From Fibrobacteraceae bacterium (GTDB lineage Bacteria > Fibrobacterota > Fibrobacteria > Fibrobacterales > Fibrobacteraceae): 38,237 nucleotides of DNA. Under the pieces are notes generated by a model. It ran no database searches. It saw only the letters and a list, made by a program, of their open reading frames with translations, and had not been told where the DNA came from. The stretch spans positions 1 through 38,237 of the forward strand of contig JALNVO010000001.1 in assembly GCA_023231365.1 (NCBI GenBank). The letters run 5' to 3'. This document shows, piece by piece, positions 27,320 through 37,182 of this stretch; positions within the stretch are counted from its first letter, which is position 1, and the number at the start of each line of letters is the position of its first letter. Position numbers and translations under genes: made by a program.

Positions 27320-27780
27320 TGGCTCAAGATGGCTGAATTTCCAAAACGGGTTGCGAAAAAATCAACGATCCAGGCGAGCCGATCTTCAGTGGTCCGAAGC
27401 TTATCCATAAACGACTCCCTACATTTGCCTCAAGGGCGGCTCCGTGTACCTGACCGCCATAGAGGACTGGTGCAGCCGCTTTGTCCTTGCCGGGAGCCTC
27501 TCCCACAACGCTCGCTCCACGCTTTTGCGTAGAAGCTCTGCTGTAGGCCTTGGAAAAATACGGTGATCCTGAATTATTCAACACGGATCAGGGCAGCCAG
27601 TTCACCAGCGCGGAATTCACGGACATTCTTCAATCCCGTCGCTCCGCGATCACCATGGATGGAAAAAAGGCCGCACCCTAGACAATATCTTCGTTGAACG
27701 CTTCTGGAGAACGGTCAAGTATGACGATGTCTATATTACAAAGGATATGTGACGGTTCCCGAATGCAGGGCTCGGCAAAA
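27320..27780 (+). pseudogene. Degenerate IS3-family transposase (OrfB rve core)
   Basis: YLTAIEDWCSRFVL, FNTDQGSQFTS, MDG/KGRTLDNIFVERFWRTVKY read across frameshifts; in-frame TAG at 27544. Confidence 0.88.
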
Positions 27781-28217
27781 GCCATCCGCAGGCCCTTGTA
27801 ACCTTAAAGACTGTTTCTGAAAGAGAATTTTCTGGGCTTATACAGAAAATGATTCCATATTTCAAACGGGATCATCCTAGAGAGGGGGTCTGGCAAGTAT
27901 TATGGATTGCCTTTCGATGAAGGAATCTCTTGGTTATGAGAGTCTTTATGGATTTGGCCTTGCGAAAAATTCCGCCTTTTCCTAAGGTAAAATGTGCAAT
28001 TTTTAGATTGATACAGACTCTAAAGTTATAAACAGTTGCTCCACACAACTAACTTTTTAGTGTGTACCCGATATTCAAGCAACCGGCTCTTTGGGTTGCC
28101 TCTAAATTAGCGCATTTTAAGGTTTTCTTTTTAATGCTTTCTATCTTAGAAAACTTTTTATTTCCCTTACTTTTTTTCTAGATTTTTTATAATTATTGAA
28201 GATTTAGGAGTCTTTTA

Positions 28218-28304
28218 ATGCTTTTTGATAGGAAGCTAGTCGCTGAAACATTTCTCCCAATGACGAACTCTGTTCTTTGCGGATGGAGGAATGGGAGAGA
28301 ATGA
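28218..28304 (+). CDS. Putative 28-aa leader/small peptide MLFDRKLVAETFLPMTNSVLCGWRNGRE
   Basis: TATAAT at 28188, AGGAG SD 7 nt before the ATG, stop overlaps the next start (ATGA). Confidence 0.45.
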   Translation: MLFDRKLVAETFLPMTNSVLCGWRNGRE

Positions 28305-29407
28305 AGATCGCTGTTGTCGGTTCTAGAGGAATCCCGAGTGTGCAGGGCGGCATTGAAACCCATTGTGAAAAGTTATATCCACGGCTTGCAGCAAAAGGGC
28401 ATAATATAACAGTTTATGGCGCTGCTACTTATTTGGGAACCCGGCTTCCTTATGAGTATAAAGGCATCCAAGTAGTGCCACTTCGTTTTGTGTTCCGCTT
28501 TCCTGGTTTGGAAGCCTTTGTTCGGACTTTATTTTGTCTTTCACATATATTCAAGACACATCCAGATATAGTCCATATTCATGGAATTGGGCCTGCTTTT
28601 TTTGCCCCTCTTTTTAGACTTACAGGCGCAAAAGTTGTTTACACTCATCACGGCTGTGATTATGCTCGAGCTAAATGGGGATTTGTTGCTAAAACGGCAT
28701 TAAAAATAGGTGAATGCTTTGGATGTCTTTGTTCAAATAAGATTATCGTCATTAGCAAATATATACAAGCGAATTTGTTGGAAAAATATAAATGCAAGAA
28801 AACGGAACTTATTTATAATGGAGTAGAAATTTCGGCTCCAGTTCCCAATGCAGAAATCTATCTTCGGAAATATGGCATTGAGAAAGGCAAGTATATCTTT
28901 GCATGCGGTCGTTTTGTGGAAGAAAAATGTTTTAATGATTTGATTGCTGCATTCGTTTCTGCTCATTTAGAGGGGTACAAGCTAGTTCTTGCTGGTAGCG
29001 CTTCACCAGAAAGTGCTTATTCACGAAAACTGGAAATGCAAGCAAAAGCTGCTGGCGTCATTCTTACTGGATTCATTAAAGGCGATGAACTTTCTTCAAT
29101 TTATGCAAATACAGCCTTATTTGTTCTTCCCAGTGCTCATGAAGGATTACCCATTGTGCTTTTAGAAGCAATGAGTTATGGGCTTAATATTATTGCGAGC
29201 GATATTCCGGCGAACGTTGAAGTGCCTATTGCTAGGGATTCCTTTTTTAAGGTTAGGGATGTGCATGCCCTTGCAGGAAAAATGAAGAGTGTTCTTGCTA
29301 AAATGCCTAATTCGCGAGTCGATTATCTAGAATTGATTCAAAAACAATATAACTGGAATTTGATAGCTTCCCAGACTGAAAGACTTTACGCGGAGTTGAT
29401 AAGATAA
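28301..29407 (+). CDS. Glycosyltransferase family 4
   Basis: MKIAVVGSRGIP..QGGIE, GRFVEEK, HEGLPIVLLEAMSYG (EX7E). Confidence 0.9.
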   Translation: MKIAVVGSRGIPSVQGGIETHCEKLYPRLAAKGHNITVYGAATYLGTRLPYEYKGIQVVPLRFVFRFPGLEAFVRTLFCLSHIFKTHPDIVHIHGIGPAFFAPLFRLTGAKVVYTHHGCDYARAKWGFVAKTALKIGECFGCLCSNKIIVISKYIQANLLEKYKCKKTELIYNGVEISAPVPNAEIYLRKYGIEKGKYIFACGRFVEEKCFNDLIAAFVSAHLEGYKLVLAGSASPESAYSRKLEMQAKAAGVILTGFIKGDELSSIYANTALFVLPSAHEGLPIVLLEAMSYGLNIIASDIPANVEVPIARDSFFKVRDVHALAGKMKSVLAKMPNSRVDYLELIQKQYNWNLIASQTERLYAELIR

Positions 29408-30504
29408 TGTCTTGTACTAATTGTTCTTCTTGCGATTCAAAAAAAGTTCAGATGCCGACGGATGTATCGGTTATAACGACTTATCGTTGTCAAATGCGTT
29501 GCAAAATGTGCAACATTTGGCAAAACCCGACAAAAATTGAAGAAGAAATCAAGCCAGAAGAACTGGAAATTCTTCCGCAACTTAAATTTGCAAATGTTAC
29601 TGGTGGGGAACCCTTTTTGCGCAATGATTTGGAAGATATCGTTGAGGTCCTTTTTAAAAAGGCTCCGCGTATTGTGATTAGCACGAGCGGATATTGGGTA
29701 GAAAAAACAATTAAGCTCGCAGAGAGGTTCCCGAATATAGGCATTCGAGTGAGTATCGAAGGCCTTGAAAAAACGAATAATTTTTTGCGCGGAAGAGAAG
29801 ATGGCTTTGAACGTGGTATGCGTACTCTTAAAACCCTTCATGAGATGGGCATAAAGGATATTGGTTTCGGACAAACGCTCAGCAATTGGAATAGCAATGA
29901 TTTAATTCCTTTATATGAACTCGCTTGTTCCATGAACTTTGAATTTGCGACTGCAGCTTTTCACAATAGTTATTATTTTCACAAAGAAGATAACCAGATC
30001 AGCAATAAAGAAGAACTTTGTGACAATATCAGCAAACTTGTGAATCGATTGCTTAAGGAAAATCATCCAAAGTCTTGGTTCCGTGCTTTTTTCAATTTGG
30101 GACTTATCAATTACATCCAGGGCAATCGGCGTATGCTCCCTTGTGAAGCGGGAACCGTGAACTTTTTCATTGATCCATGTGGACAGGTATACCCTTGTAA
30201 TGGTTTGGAACCGCGTTACTGGCAGGAATCCATGGGTTCTATCCGCAGTGGAAAAACTTTTCAGGAAATTTGGTATTCCGAACAAGCAAATCATGTGCGT
30301 GACTTGGTGCACACCTGCCCTAAGAACTGCTGGATGGTGGGAACCGCCGCTCCTGTAATGAAAAAATATATAACCAAAGTTGCTCCTTGGGTTTTGAAGG
30401 CCAAGGCAAAGAGCTTGTTTGGAAAGAATGTGAATTGCACCTGTTTCCCGCAGTTTGATGTAGGACAGGATCCTCTACAGGGCGACTTGAGGATGGGAAG
30501 ATAA
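29407..30504 (+). CDS. Radical SAM/SPASM-domain protein
   Basis: CQMRCKMC, TGGEP, LPCEAG...IDPCGQVYPCN...CPKNCW; TAATG overlap with upstream gene. Confidence 0.88.
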   Translation: MSCTNCSSCDSKKVQMPTDVSVITTYRCQMRCKMCNIWQNPTKIEEEIKPEELEILPQLKFANVTGGEPFLRNDLEDIVEVLFKKAPRIVISTSGYWVEKTIKLAERFPNIGIRVSIEGLEKTNNFLRGREDGFERGMRTLKTLHEMGIKDIGFGQTLSNWNSNDLIPLYELACSMNFEFATAAFHNSYYFHKEDNQISNKEELCDNISKLVNRLLKENHPKSWFRAFFNLGLINYIQGNRRMLPCEAGTVNFFIDPCGQVYPCNGLEPRYWQESMGSIRSGKTFQEIWYSEQANHVRDLVHTCPKNCWMVGTAAPVMKKYITKVAPWVLKAKAKSLFGKNVNCTCFPQFDVGQDPLQGDLRMGR

Positions 30505-30505
30505 T

Positions 30506-31606
30506 ATGAAAATCGTTGTTAGTGGTTATGTAGGAAAGAAAATAACAGGAATTGGACGAAATTTAATTAGCCTTCTTAATGCTGTAGATGATAATCAATA
30601 TATTGTTTATGTAAATAAAGACATGAAAGATGATTTTATTTTTTCCAATGCAAATATAACTGTAAGGACTTATCCTGTTAGCAAGAACAGTTCTTTAAAA
30701 AATTTATTGTGGACTTCTTTTATTTTCCCGTTTATGGCATTAAAAGAAAGAGCTAATAGAGCTCTTATTCCAAATTTTACACTATTGCTTTTTAAATTTG
30801 TTCCAACTGTTGTGATTATGCATGATCTTATCGAGTTTAATATTCCAGATAAATTTTCAAAAAAGAAAATGTTCTATCGAACAAAGTTAGCTGATCCAAT
30901 CACTTCTAGAATGGCAGATCATATAATAACGGTTTCTGAAAATTCAAAAAAAGACATTATGAAATTTTTAAATGTCCCAGAAAATAAGATTACCGTTATT
31001 TACAATGGTGTAGATTTAAATAAGTTTAAATCAATGAGCTCTGAAAAGGCACTAAAAATTCTGGATTCTAAAGGTTGGCCTAGAAATTTTATTTTATATG
31101 TAGGAACAATTGATCATCCCGGGAAAAATTCAATTTCAGTTATTAAAGTGTTTGAAAAATTAAAAGAACAAAAAACTTTTGATGGGAGTCTGATTCTTGC
31201 TGGTATGCCTGGATCCGGATATCGATTTATTGAAAACTATGTAAAAGAATCTAAGTATAGAACAAATATATTTTTAACAGGTTTTGTCCTGGATAATGAA
31301 TTAATCGCTTTATATTCTACTTGTAAGTTGTTTTGCTTTCTTTCGTTGTATGAAGGTTTTGGTATTCCTCCTTTAGAAGCTATGGCCTGTGGTGCAAAAG
31401 TGGTCGTCTCTAATACTTCTTCGCTACCAGAGGTTGTTGGATCTGTTGGACGGACCGTTTCGCCTATTGATTTGAAAAAAATTTATGAGGTATTCAAAGA
31501 AACAATAGAAATGCCTACAGAAAATAAGGATACCTTGCAACACTTGAGCCAGTTTGATTGGACTTTTTTAGCTCGTAATTTTAATGATGTATTCAATATA
31601 GTTTAG
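30506..31606 (+). CDS. Glycosyltransferase family 4 (mannosyltransferase-like)
   Basis: TGIGR, HDLI, TVSENSKKD, YEGFGIPPLEAMACG. Confidence 0.9.
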   Translation: MKIVVSGYVGKKITGIGRNLISLLNAVDDNQYIVYVNKDMKDDFIFSNANITVRTYPVSKNSSLKNLLWTSFIFPFMALKERANRALIPNFTLLLFKFVPTVVIMHDLIEFNIPDKFSKKKMFYRTKLADPITSRMADHIITVSENSKKDIMKFLNVPENKITVIYNGVDLNKFKSMSSEKALKILDSKGWPRNFILYVGTIDHPGKNSISVIKVFEKLKEQKTFDGSLILAGMPGSGYRFIENYVKESKYRTNIFLTGFVLDNELIALYSTCKLFCFLSLYEGFGIPPLEAMACGAKVVVSNTSSLPEVVGSVGRTVSPIDLKKIYEVFKETIEMPTENKDTLQHLSQFDWTFLARNFNDVFNIV

Positions 31607-31611
31607 TTTTT

Positions 31612-32721
31612 ATGACAGCATATATATATATATTCTCTTTAATTTTATGTGGACAATTCTTTGTTTCAAAAAAGTTTATTTCAAAGAATAAATATTGTTT
31701 AGGGATTGCTATTTTTTGTTCTATTCTTGCAGGCTTGCGAAGTTTTGATTTAGGACTTGGAGATACAGATGGCGTTTACTTCCCAATTTATAAAGCAGTT
31801 TCATTTACAAATGGATTCAGTGATGTTCTTTTTCTATTTTTTGACGCCCATTTTGGAAATGATTTTGTTGCAAACAGTTCGGGATATTCAATAGGTTTTT
31901 TGCTTTTAGCAAAGATTAGTTCAATTTGTTTTGATAACTATCATTTTTTCTTGTTGTGGACTTCTTTTCTTTATTTTTTTTCTATATCAAGAATTATTTC
32001 AAAGTATTCCAATATACCAGCAATCGCTTTTGTTGCTTTCTTAGCCTTGAATGGATTTAGTTCTTCTTTTTATCTTGTGCGACATATTCTTGGCGTTTCT
32101 TTCTTAATGTTTGCTTTAGAAGCTCTTCTAAATGGGAAAAATATAAAGTTTTTGATTCTTGTATTAATTGCTGCAAGCATCCATATCTCTATGCTTGTGT
32201 TTCTTATTGCTTATCCGATAAAGAGGGTTTCTATATCTTCTAAAGTTCTTTTAATTTTTGCACTTCTTTCTGCATTCTTTGGCATTATGGTAAAAACAAC
32301 ATTTTTTAGTGTTGTGTCTCAATTAGGTGGATTTATGTCTTATTATTCTGTTTATGCATCTTCAGAATCTGGGCATTTTGCAAGTCTTTGGTTTATTGGC
32401 TTTTTAATTTTTTTATTCGCTTTTACTTATTATAAAAAGTTAATAATTAATAATTATTTGAATTCTCAATATTTTAAGTTCGCATTACTTTACTGTATTT
32501 TCCTTTCGTTCCAAGTAATAATAGATGAGTTTAATAGAGTTGCTCTATTTTTTCTTTTCGCCCCTTCTATATTATTATCAAATACAGTGGATTGTATTAA
32601 AAATCCATATAAAAAAGTTCTTGTTTCTTTAGTTATATTGCTAGGCTTTGGGACATATTGGTTCCTTATAAATTTGAAAAATTACAACATGCTTCCTTAT
32701 CACATGTTTTTCACTTTTTAA
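31612..32721 (+). CDS. EpsG-family polysaccharide polymerase (Wzy-like)
   Basis: Very hydrophobic and AT-rich; GLR..LG.DT..Y, LVRH, IHIS motifs. Confidence 0.8.
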   Translation: MTAYIYIFSLILCGQFFVSKKFISKNKYCLGIAIFCSILAGLRSFDLGLGDTDGVYFPIYKAVSFTNGFSDVLFLFFDAHFGNDFVANSSGYSIGFLLLAKISSICFDNYHFFLLWTSFLYFFSISRIISKYSNIPAIAFVAFLALNGFSSSFYLVRHILGVSFLMFALEALLNGKNIKFLILVLIAASIHISMLVFLIAYPIKRVSISSKVLLIFALLSAFFGIMVKTTFFSVVSQLGGFMSYYSVYASSESGHFASLWFIGFLIFLFAFTYYKKLIINNYLNSQYFKFALLYCIFLSFQVIIDEFNRVALFFLFAPSILLSNTVDCIKNPYKKVLVSLVILLGFGTYWFLINLKNYNMLPYHMFFTF

Positions 32722-33884
32722 TGGGTGGTTTTGTGAAGGCTATTGCTTTTTTAGTTGGAGATTTGGGCATTGCTGGTGGTGGAGAGCGTGTTGTTTGCAC
32801 TTTGGCTAATTTTTTGGTGCAGTACTATGACGTTCATATTTTTCATTTTGGTACAGAACATCCTTTTGAAATAATAGGGAATGTCAAAGTTCACGATTTA
32901 AATGTGATAACAAAAAATAGATATTTAAGAAAGATAGATAGACTTTTTTTATTGCGGAAAAATTTGAAAGAATCTAAGATTTCTTTAATTATTAATTTTG
33001 GCTGGCAGCCTGCTATATACACATTGATTGCTTCAGTTGGGTTAAATTTAAAAATTTTATCTTCTGAAAGGAACAATCCAATGTTGGAGCCCAATCAAAA
33101 AATTTTAAAAATAATAAGGAATGTTGCATATAAAAAATCAAATTTTTTAGTATGCCAGACACAGGCTGCTAAAAAGTATTTTAATATAACGCAATCAAAA
33201 GTTGTATTGAATCCATTAAGAGATGATATTCCAATGCCTATGGATTTCAGATATCGAGAAAATCTGATTGTTAATTTCTGCCGATTATACACACAGAAAA
33301 ATTTGCCATTATTAATTAAGGCATTTAAAAAATTTCATGTGACTCATCCTTTCTATCTACTTAAAATTTATGGTGATGGTGAGTTGAAATTGGAGCTTTT
33401 AAAGCTGATTGATTATTTGGATTTGACTCATTTTGTGCAAATTTTGCCTTTTCGGGCAAATATTCTTGATAGCATTAAAGTTGCAAAAATGTTTGTATCC
33501 TCTTCTAATTATGAAGGATTGTCTAATTCGATGCTTGAAGCTCTAGCTCTAGGCATTCCAGTTGTTGTTACTGATTGTCCTATTTATGGAGCGCGAATGG
33601 TTGTTAATGATTATAAAAATGGAATTATTGTGCCAATGAATGATCTTGATCGAATGTGTGATGCAATGTCGTTTCTTGCTGACAATGAAGAGAAATCAAA
33701 GCAAATAAGTGACGAAGCAATAAAAATACGAGATTTTTTAAGTGTTGAAGCTGTTTGTAAAGAGTGGAAACGACTTATAGATATTGTGTTATCGAAAAGA
33801 GAGACAGGAAAATCAGGATTCTCAGTTGAACAAAAAAAGTGGTTCAACAAGAGAGGAAAAGAAAATGACAGAAATAACGTCTAA
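32721..33884 (+). CDS. Glycosyltransferase family 4
   Basis: GGGERV, SERNNP, RLYTQKN, YEGLSNSMLEALALG; start 32721 or GTG 32733; C-terminal tail probably read-through into an IS scar. Confidence 0.88.
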   Translation: MGGFVKAIAFLVGDLGIAGGGERVVCTLANFLVQYYDVHIFHFGTEHPFEIIGNVKVHDLNVITKNRYLRKIDRLFLLRKNLKESKISLIINFGWQPAIYTLIASVGLNLKILSSERNNPMLEPNQKILKIIRNVAYKKSNFLVCQTQAAKKYFNITQSKVVLNPLRDDIPMPMDFRYRENLIVNFCRLYTQKNLPLLIKAFKKFHVTHPFYLLKIYGDGELKLELLKLIDYLDLTHFVQILPFRANILDSIKVAKMFVSSSNYEGLSNSMLEALALGIPVVVTDCPIYGARMVVNDYKNGIIVPMNDLDRMCDAMSFLADNEEKSKQISDEAIKIRDFLSVEAVCKEWKRLIDIVLSKRETGKSGFSVEQKKWFNKRGKENDRNNV

Positions 33885-34140
33885 TCTAGCAAACAGTAAA
33901 AAGAGCATCGTCGAGACATCCCGCAGATGCTCTCGGGTACTCAATGAAGACTTCAATACAAAAGAGGTTCTGAAAGATTTAAAAGAAGAATGCACGCGAG
34001 AAGGAGGTTGGGGGTAATTTGAAAAATTCATACGCTTCAAAAGATGCCCCGATGCCCATCATCCGTCATGCATCTATTGGGGATAAGCCATAATCGTTTC
34101 TATCACAAGCCGATTGTTTCGAAAAGGAAACAGGTAAGAA
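33785..34140 (+). pseudogene. Probable degenerate IS3-family left-end remnant (orfA and start of orfB)
   Basis: LLGISHNRFYHKP (34074-34112) resembles the IS3 OrfB N-terminal 'CxLLGISRSxFYYKP'; higher GC than flanks; SD-led 50-aa ORF at 33865-34017. Confidence 0.5.
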
Positions 34141-34203
34141 ATAATATTTTCCTCTTGAAAAAACTGAATCATTCCATTAGTCAAAAAATTAAATGGTAAA
34201 TCT

Positions 34204-35361
34204 ATGATAAGAGTTTTATTTGATTTGTTTCAGGCGCAACCAACGATGGACTCAAAGTTCCATGGAGGGGGTGAGTACATTAAGACTGTATATAGATGTT
34301 TTATAGAGAATTATTTAAATCAATGTAGTTTAATTGTCTTTTACGACCCTTCGAAGTTTTTGGATGATTGGATTTTGAAATCTTTTGAAAACAAAACTAT
34401 TCTTGTTAAGAGTATAAGTTCTATCAATGAAATTCAAAATATTTTAGATGAAGAGTCTGTAGATGTCTTTTATTCTGGGCTTCCATATGATTATGTAACG
34501 TTAAATATTCCGAGTAGTATTATTTATTGCGGAACTATCCATGGTTTACGGGGGGTTGAATTGCCTTGTGATCGTTTCACTTATAAATATTTTGAAGGAC
34601 GTTCTTTATTTAAATATTGGATAAAGTTCAAGATGAAAAGGGTATTTAAACAACGAAGTTTAGAGTTTTATCGAAAATCAATTGATCGGCTAGACTTTGT
34701 TATTTGCGTTTCTTATCATACCAAATATGCAATTCGGAGTTTTTATCCACATCTAAATAAAAAGATAGAAGTCTTTTATACACCGGAAAAATTTATTGAA
34801 AGTAAAAAAATTACTCAAAGTAGAGAATTCCAAAATAAATATATTTTGTTGATAAGCAGTAATCGCTGGGAAAAAAATTCTTTTAGGGCTGTAACTGCTT
34901 TAGATACCTTGTTCAATAAAGGAACCCTTAAAGAATATAAAGTTGTTACAATCGGCAAATTACCTGATAAAGTTTGGAAACCTATTTGCAATAAAGACCG
35001 TTTCATCTGCTTTGATTATGTAACATCAGAAAGACTTGAAAACTTGTATGCCTATTGCGATATTTTTCTTTATCCAACGTTAAATGAAGGCTTTGGAATG
35101 CCTCCTTTAGAAGCAATGAAATATGGAAAAACCTGTATTGTTTCTGGTGTTTGTTCCTTGCCAGAAGTTTGCGGGGATGCAGTGTATTACTGCAATCCAT
35201 ATGATCTTGATGAAATTCAAAATAGAGTTTTGATGGCCTCTGAAAAGAAAATTTCTGAAGATATAATAAAAAAACAATTATTGAAAATAAATTGTCGTCA
35301 ACAGGAAGATTTACAAAGGCTGTGCCTGGCTATATTGCATTGTCATGAAAATAGGAATTGA
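34204..35361 (+). CDS. Glycosyltransferase family 4
   Basis: FHGGGEY, TIHGLR, RWEKN, NEGFGMPPLEAMKYG. Confidence 0.88.
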   Translation: MIRVLFDLFQAQPTMDSKFHGGGEYIKTVYRCFIENYLNQCSLIVFYDPSKFLDDWILKSFENKTILVKSISSINEIQNILDEESVDVFYSGLPYDYVTLNIPSSIIYCGTIHGLRGVELPCDRFTYKYFEGRSLFKYWIKFKMKRVFKQRSLEFYRKSIDRLDFVICVSYHTKYAIRSFYPHLNKKIEVFYTPEKFIESKKITQSREFQNKYILLISSNRWEKNSFRAVTALDTLFNKGTLKEYKVVTIGKLPDKVWKPICNKDRFICFDYVTSERLENLYAYCDIFLYPTLNEGFGMPPLEAMKYGKTCIVSGVCSLPEVCGDAVYYCNPYDLDEIQNRVLMASEKKISEDIIKKQLLKINCRQQEDLQRLCLAILHCHENRN

Positions 35362-35364
35362 AGC

Positions 35365-36351
35365 ATGTGTACTGGAATTGTAATTTTAAATTATAATAAT
35401 ATTGAAGATACCTTGAATTGCGTTGATTCAGTTAATAAGTACAATACAGCTTCAATAAAGATTGTTATTGTCGATAATGGGTCTGAAATCAAAAAGTTTG
35501 AACTGTTAAAAGAATGTCTGAAAAATTTATATAATAACGATTTTGTTGAAGTTTTTGCAGATATCGAGAAAACTGTATTGAAAAGATGTTCTTTAGTTAG
35601 ATCAAACCGAAATTTAGGCTATGCCTGTGGAAATAATATTGGAATTGATTTGTTAAAAAAAGATCCGACAATAAAGCAACTTATGATTTTAAATAATGAC
35701 ATTCTTTTTGTTGAAGATATAATTCCCCGACTTTCACTTTTATTAGAAGAGGATCCCAAAATAGGGATAGTTTCTCCTTTGCTTTATAAAAAAAATTTAT
35801 TGTCCATTGATTATAATTGTGCTAGAAAACGGTCAACCTATAAAGATATCATTAAATGGCTTTGGTCAGATGTTCCGTTTGCTCTTTTTCATCGATCATT
35901 GGACGCTAATAAAATTTTCAAGCTGAATCCTGAACTTTTGGAGAAAAATCGAGTAGAGATCGAATTACCATCAGGTTCATGCATGCTGATGTTGAAAGAA
36001 ACTGCTTACAAAATAAAGTTGTTCAATCCAAATACCTTCTTATATTATGAAGAGAATATCCTTTATGAAGAAGAACTGAGAAGTGGATTTAGAAATTTTA
36101 TTGTTCCTTCTTTGTCATGCATTCACTTAGGTGCCTCTTCAACAAAAACTAAAACTTCAAAATTTTTGATAAAATGTTCAAAGAATAGCATGCACTATTT
36201 TCTAAGTAATTATTTTAATCTTTCTCCAGTGAGAAAAAGTTTTCTAGAGGTTTCTTTTTTTTGGTATGTGTTTTCTCATAGATTACTTGATGGACTTATT
36301 TTTCTTTCCAAGAAGAGTAAGAGACTTTATCAAACTTTAGTTTTGTTCTAA
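35365..36351 (+). CDS. Glycosyltransferase family 2 (rhamnosyltransferase-like)
   Basis: IVILNYN, VDNGS, NLGYACGNN, LNNDI, SGSC, FLYYEE. Confidence 0.88.
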   Translation: MCTGIVILNYNNIEDTLNCVDSVNKYNTASIKIVIVDNGSEIKKFELLKECLKNLYNNDFVEVFADIEKTVLKRCSLVRSNRNLGYACGNNIGIDLLKKDPTIKQLMILNNDILFVEDIIPRLSLLLEEDPKIGIVSPLLYKKNLLSIDYNCARKRSTYKDIIKWLWSDVPFALFHRSLDANKIFKLNPELLEKNRVEIELPSGSCMLMLKETAYKIKLFNPNTFLYYEENILYEEELRSGFRNFIVPSLSCIHLGASSTKTKTSKFLIKCSKNSMHYFLSNYFNLSPVRKSFLEVSFFWYVFSHRLLDGLIFLSKKSKRLYQTLVLF

Positions 36352-36397
36352 AATAACTATCTTTATTAAAAGCTTTATCATAAATAGGAACACAGTA

Positions 36398-37180
36398 ATG
36401 AAAACATTGATTTTAGCAGGTGGCTTAGGGACTAGACTTGGTGAAGAAACTCAAAGCATACCAAAGCCTATGGTTGAGATTGGTGGATATCCTATTCTTT
36501 GGCATATTATGAAAATATATAGTCATTATGGTTTCAATGATTTCATTATTCTTACTGGCTATAAAGGTCATATAATAAAGGATTTCTTCCTTAATTACTA
36601 TAATCGTTATAGTGATATTACTGTAGATCTTGCAAACAATGACGTCCAAATTCATAAGATGCGTACCGAACCTTGGACTGTAACGATGCTTTATACGGGG
36701 CAAAATACTATGACCGGTGGTCGTATCAAAATGGCTCAAAAATATGTTGGCAAGGAATCTTTTTTACTCACATATGGGGACGGTGTTTCTAGTGTTGCTA
36801 TTGATAAACTTGTAGAGGTTCATCAGAAAGCAAAAAAAATAGTTACCCTGACCGCAATTCAACCTGTTGGAAAGTGGGGCGCACTTGACATTCAAAAGGA
36901 CGGATCGGTTGATTGCTTTGTAGAAAAACCTGTTGGTGATGGCACTTGGATTAATGGCGGTTTTTTTGTTTGTGAGAATAAAGCGTTTGATTATATTAAA
37001 AAAGACGATTCTTCTGTAATATGGGAACGAGAGCCTCTTCAAAATCTTGCTAAAGATGGGATGCTCAATGCGTATAAACATGACGGTTTTTGGCATCCAA
37101 TGGATATGTTGAAAGATAAAAATGAATTAAATACTCTCTGGACAAGTGGAAAAGCCCCTTGGAAGGTGTGGCAGGATTAA
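36398..37180 (+). CDS. rfbF: Glucose-1-phosphate cytidylyltransferase
   Basis: LAGGLGTRL.EET..PKPMVEIGG, TMTGGR, LTYGDG, INGGFF, FWHPMD, APWKVW. Confidence 0.95.
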   Translation: MKTLILAGGLGTRLGEETQSIPKPMVEIGGYPILWHIMKIYSHYGFNDFIILTGYKGHIIKDFFLNYYNRYSDITVDLANNDVQIHKMRTEPWTVTMLYTGQNTMTGGRIKMAQKYVGKESFLLTYGDGVSSVAIDKLVEVHQKAKKIVTLTAIQPVGKWGALDIQKDGSVDCFVEKPVGDGTWINGGFFVCENKAFDYIKKDDSSVIWEREPLQNLAKDGMLNAYKHDGFWHPMDMLKDKNELNTLWTSGKAPWKVWQD

Positions 37181-37182
37181 AT

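Noticed and set aside
27800-28200. JUMPStart/ops element or invertible promoter before the glycan operon
   Set aside because: No GGCGGTAG ops motif and no convincing flanking inverted repeats seen
35345-35383. MKIGIEACVLEL mini-ORF resembling a GT4 N-terminus
   Set aside because: Only 12 codons overlapping two real genes; chance is as likely as a deletion relic
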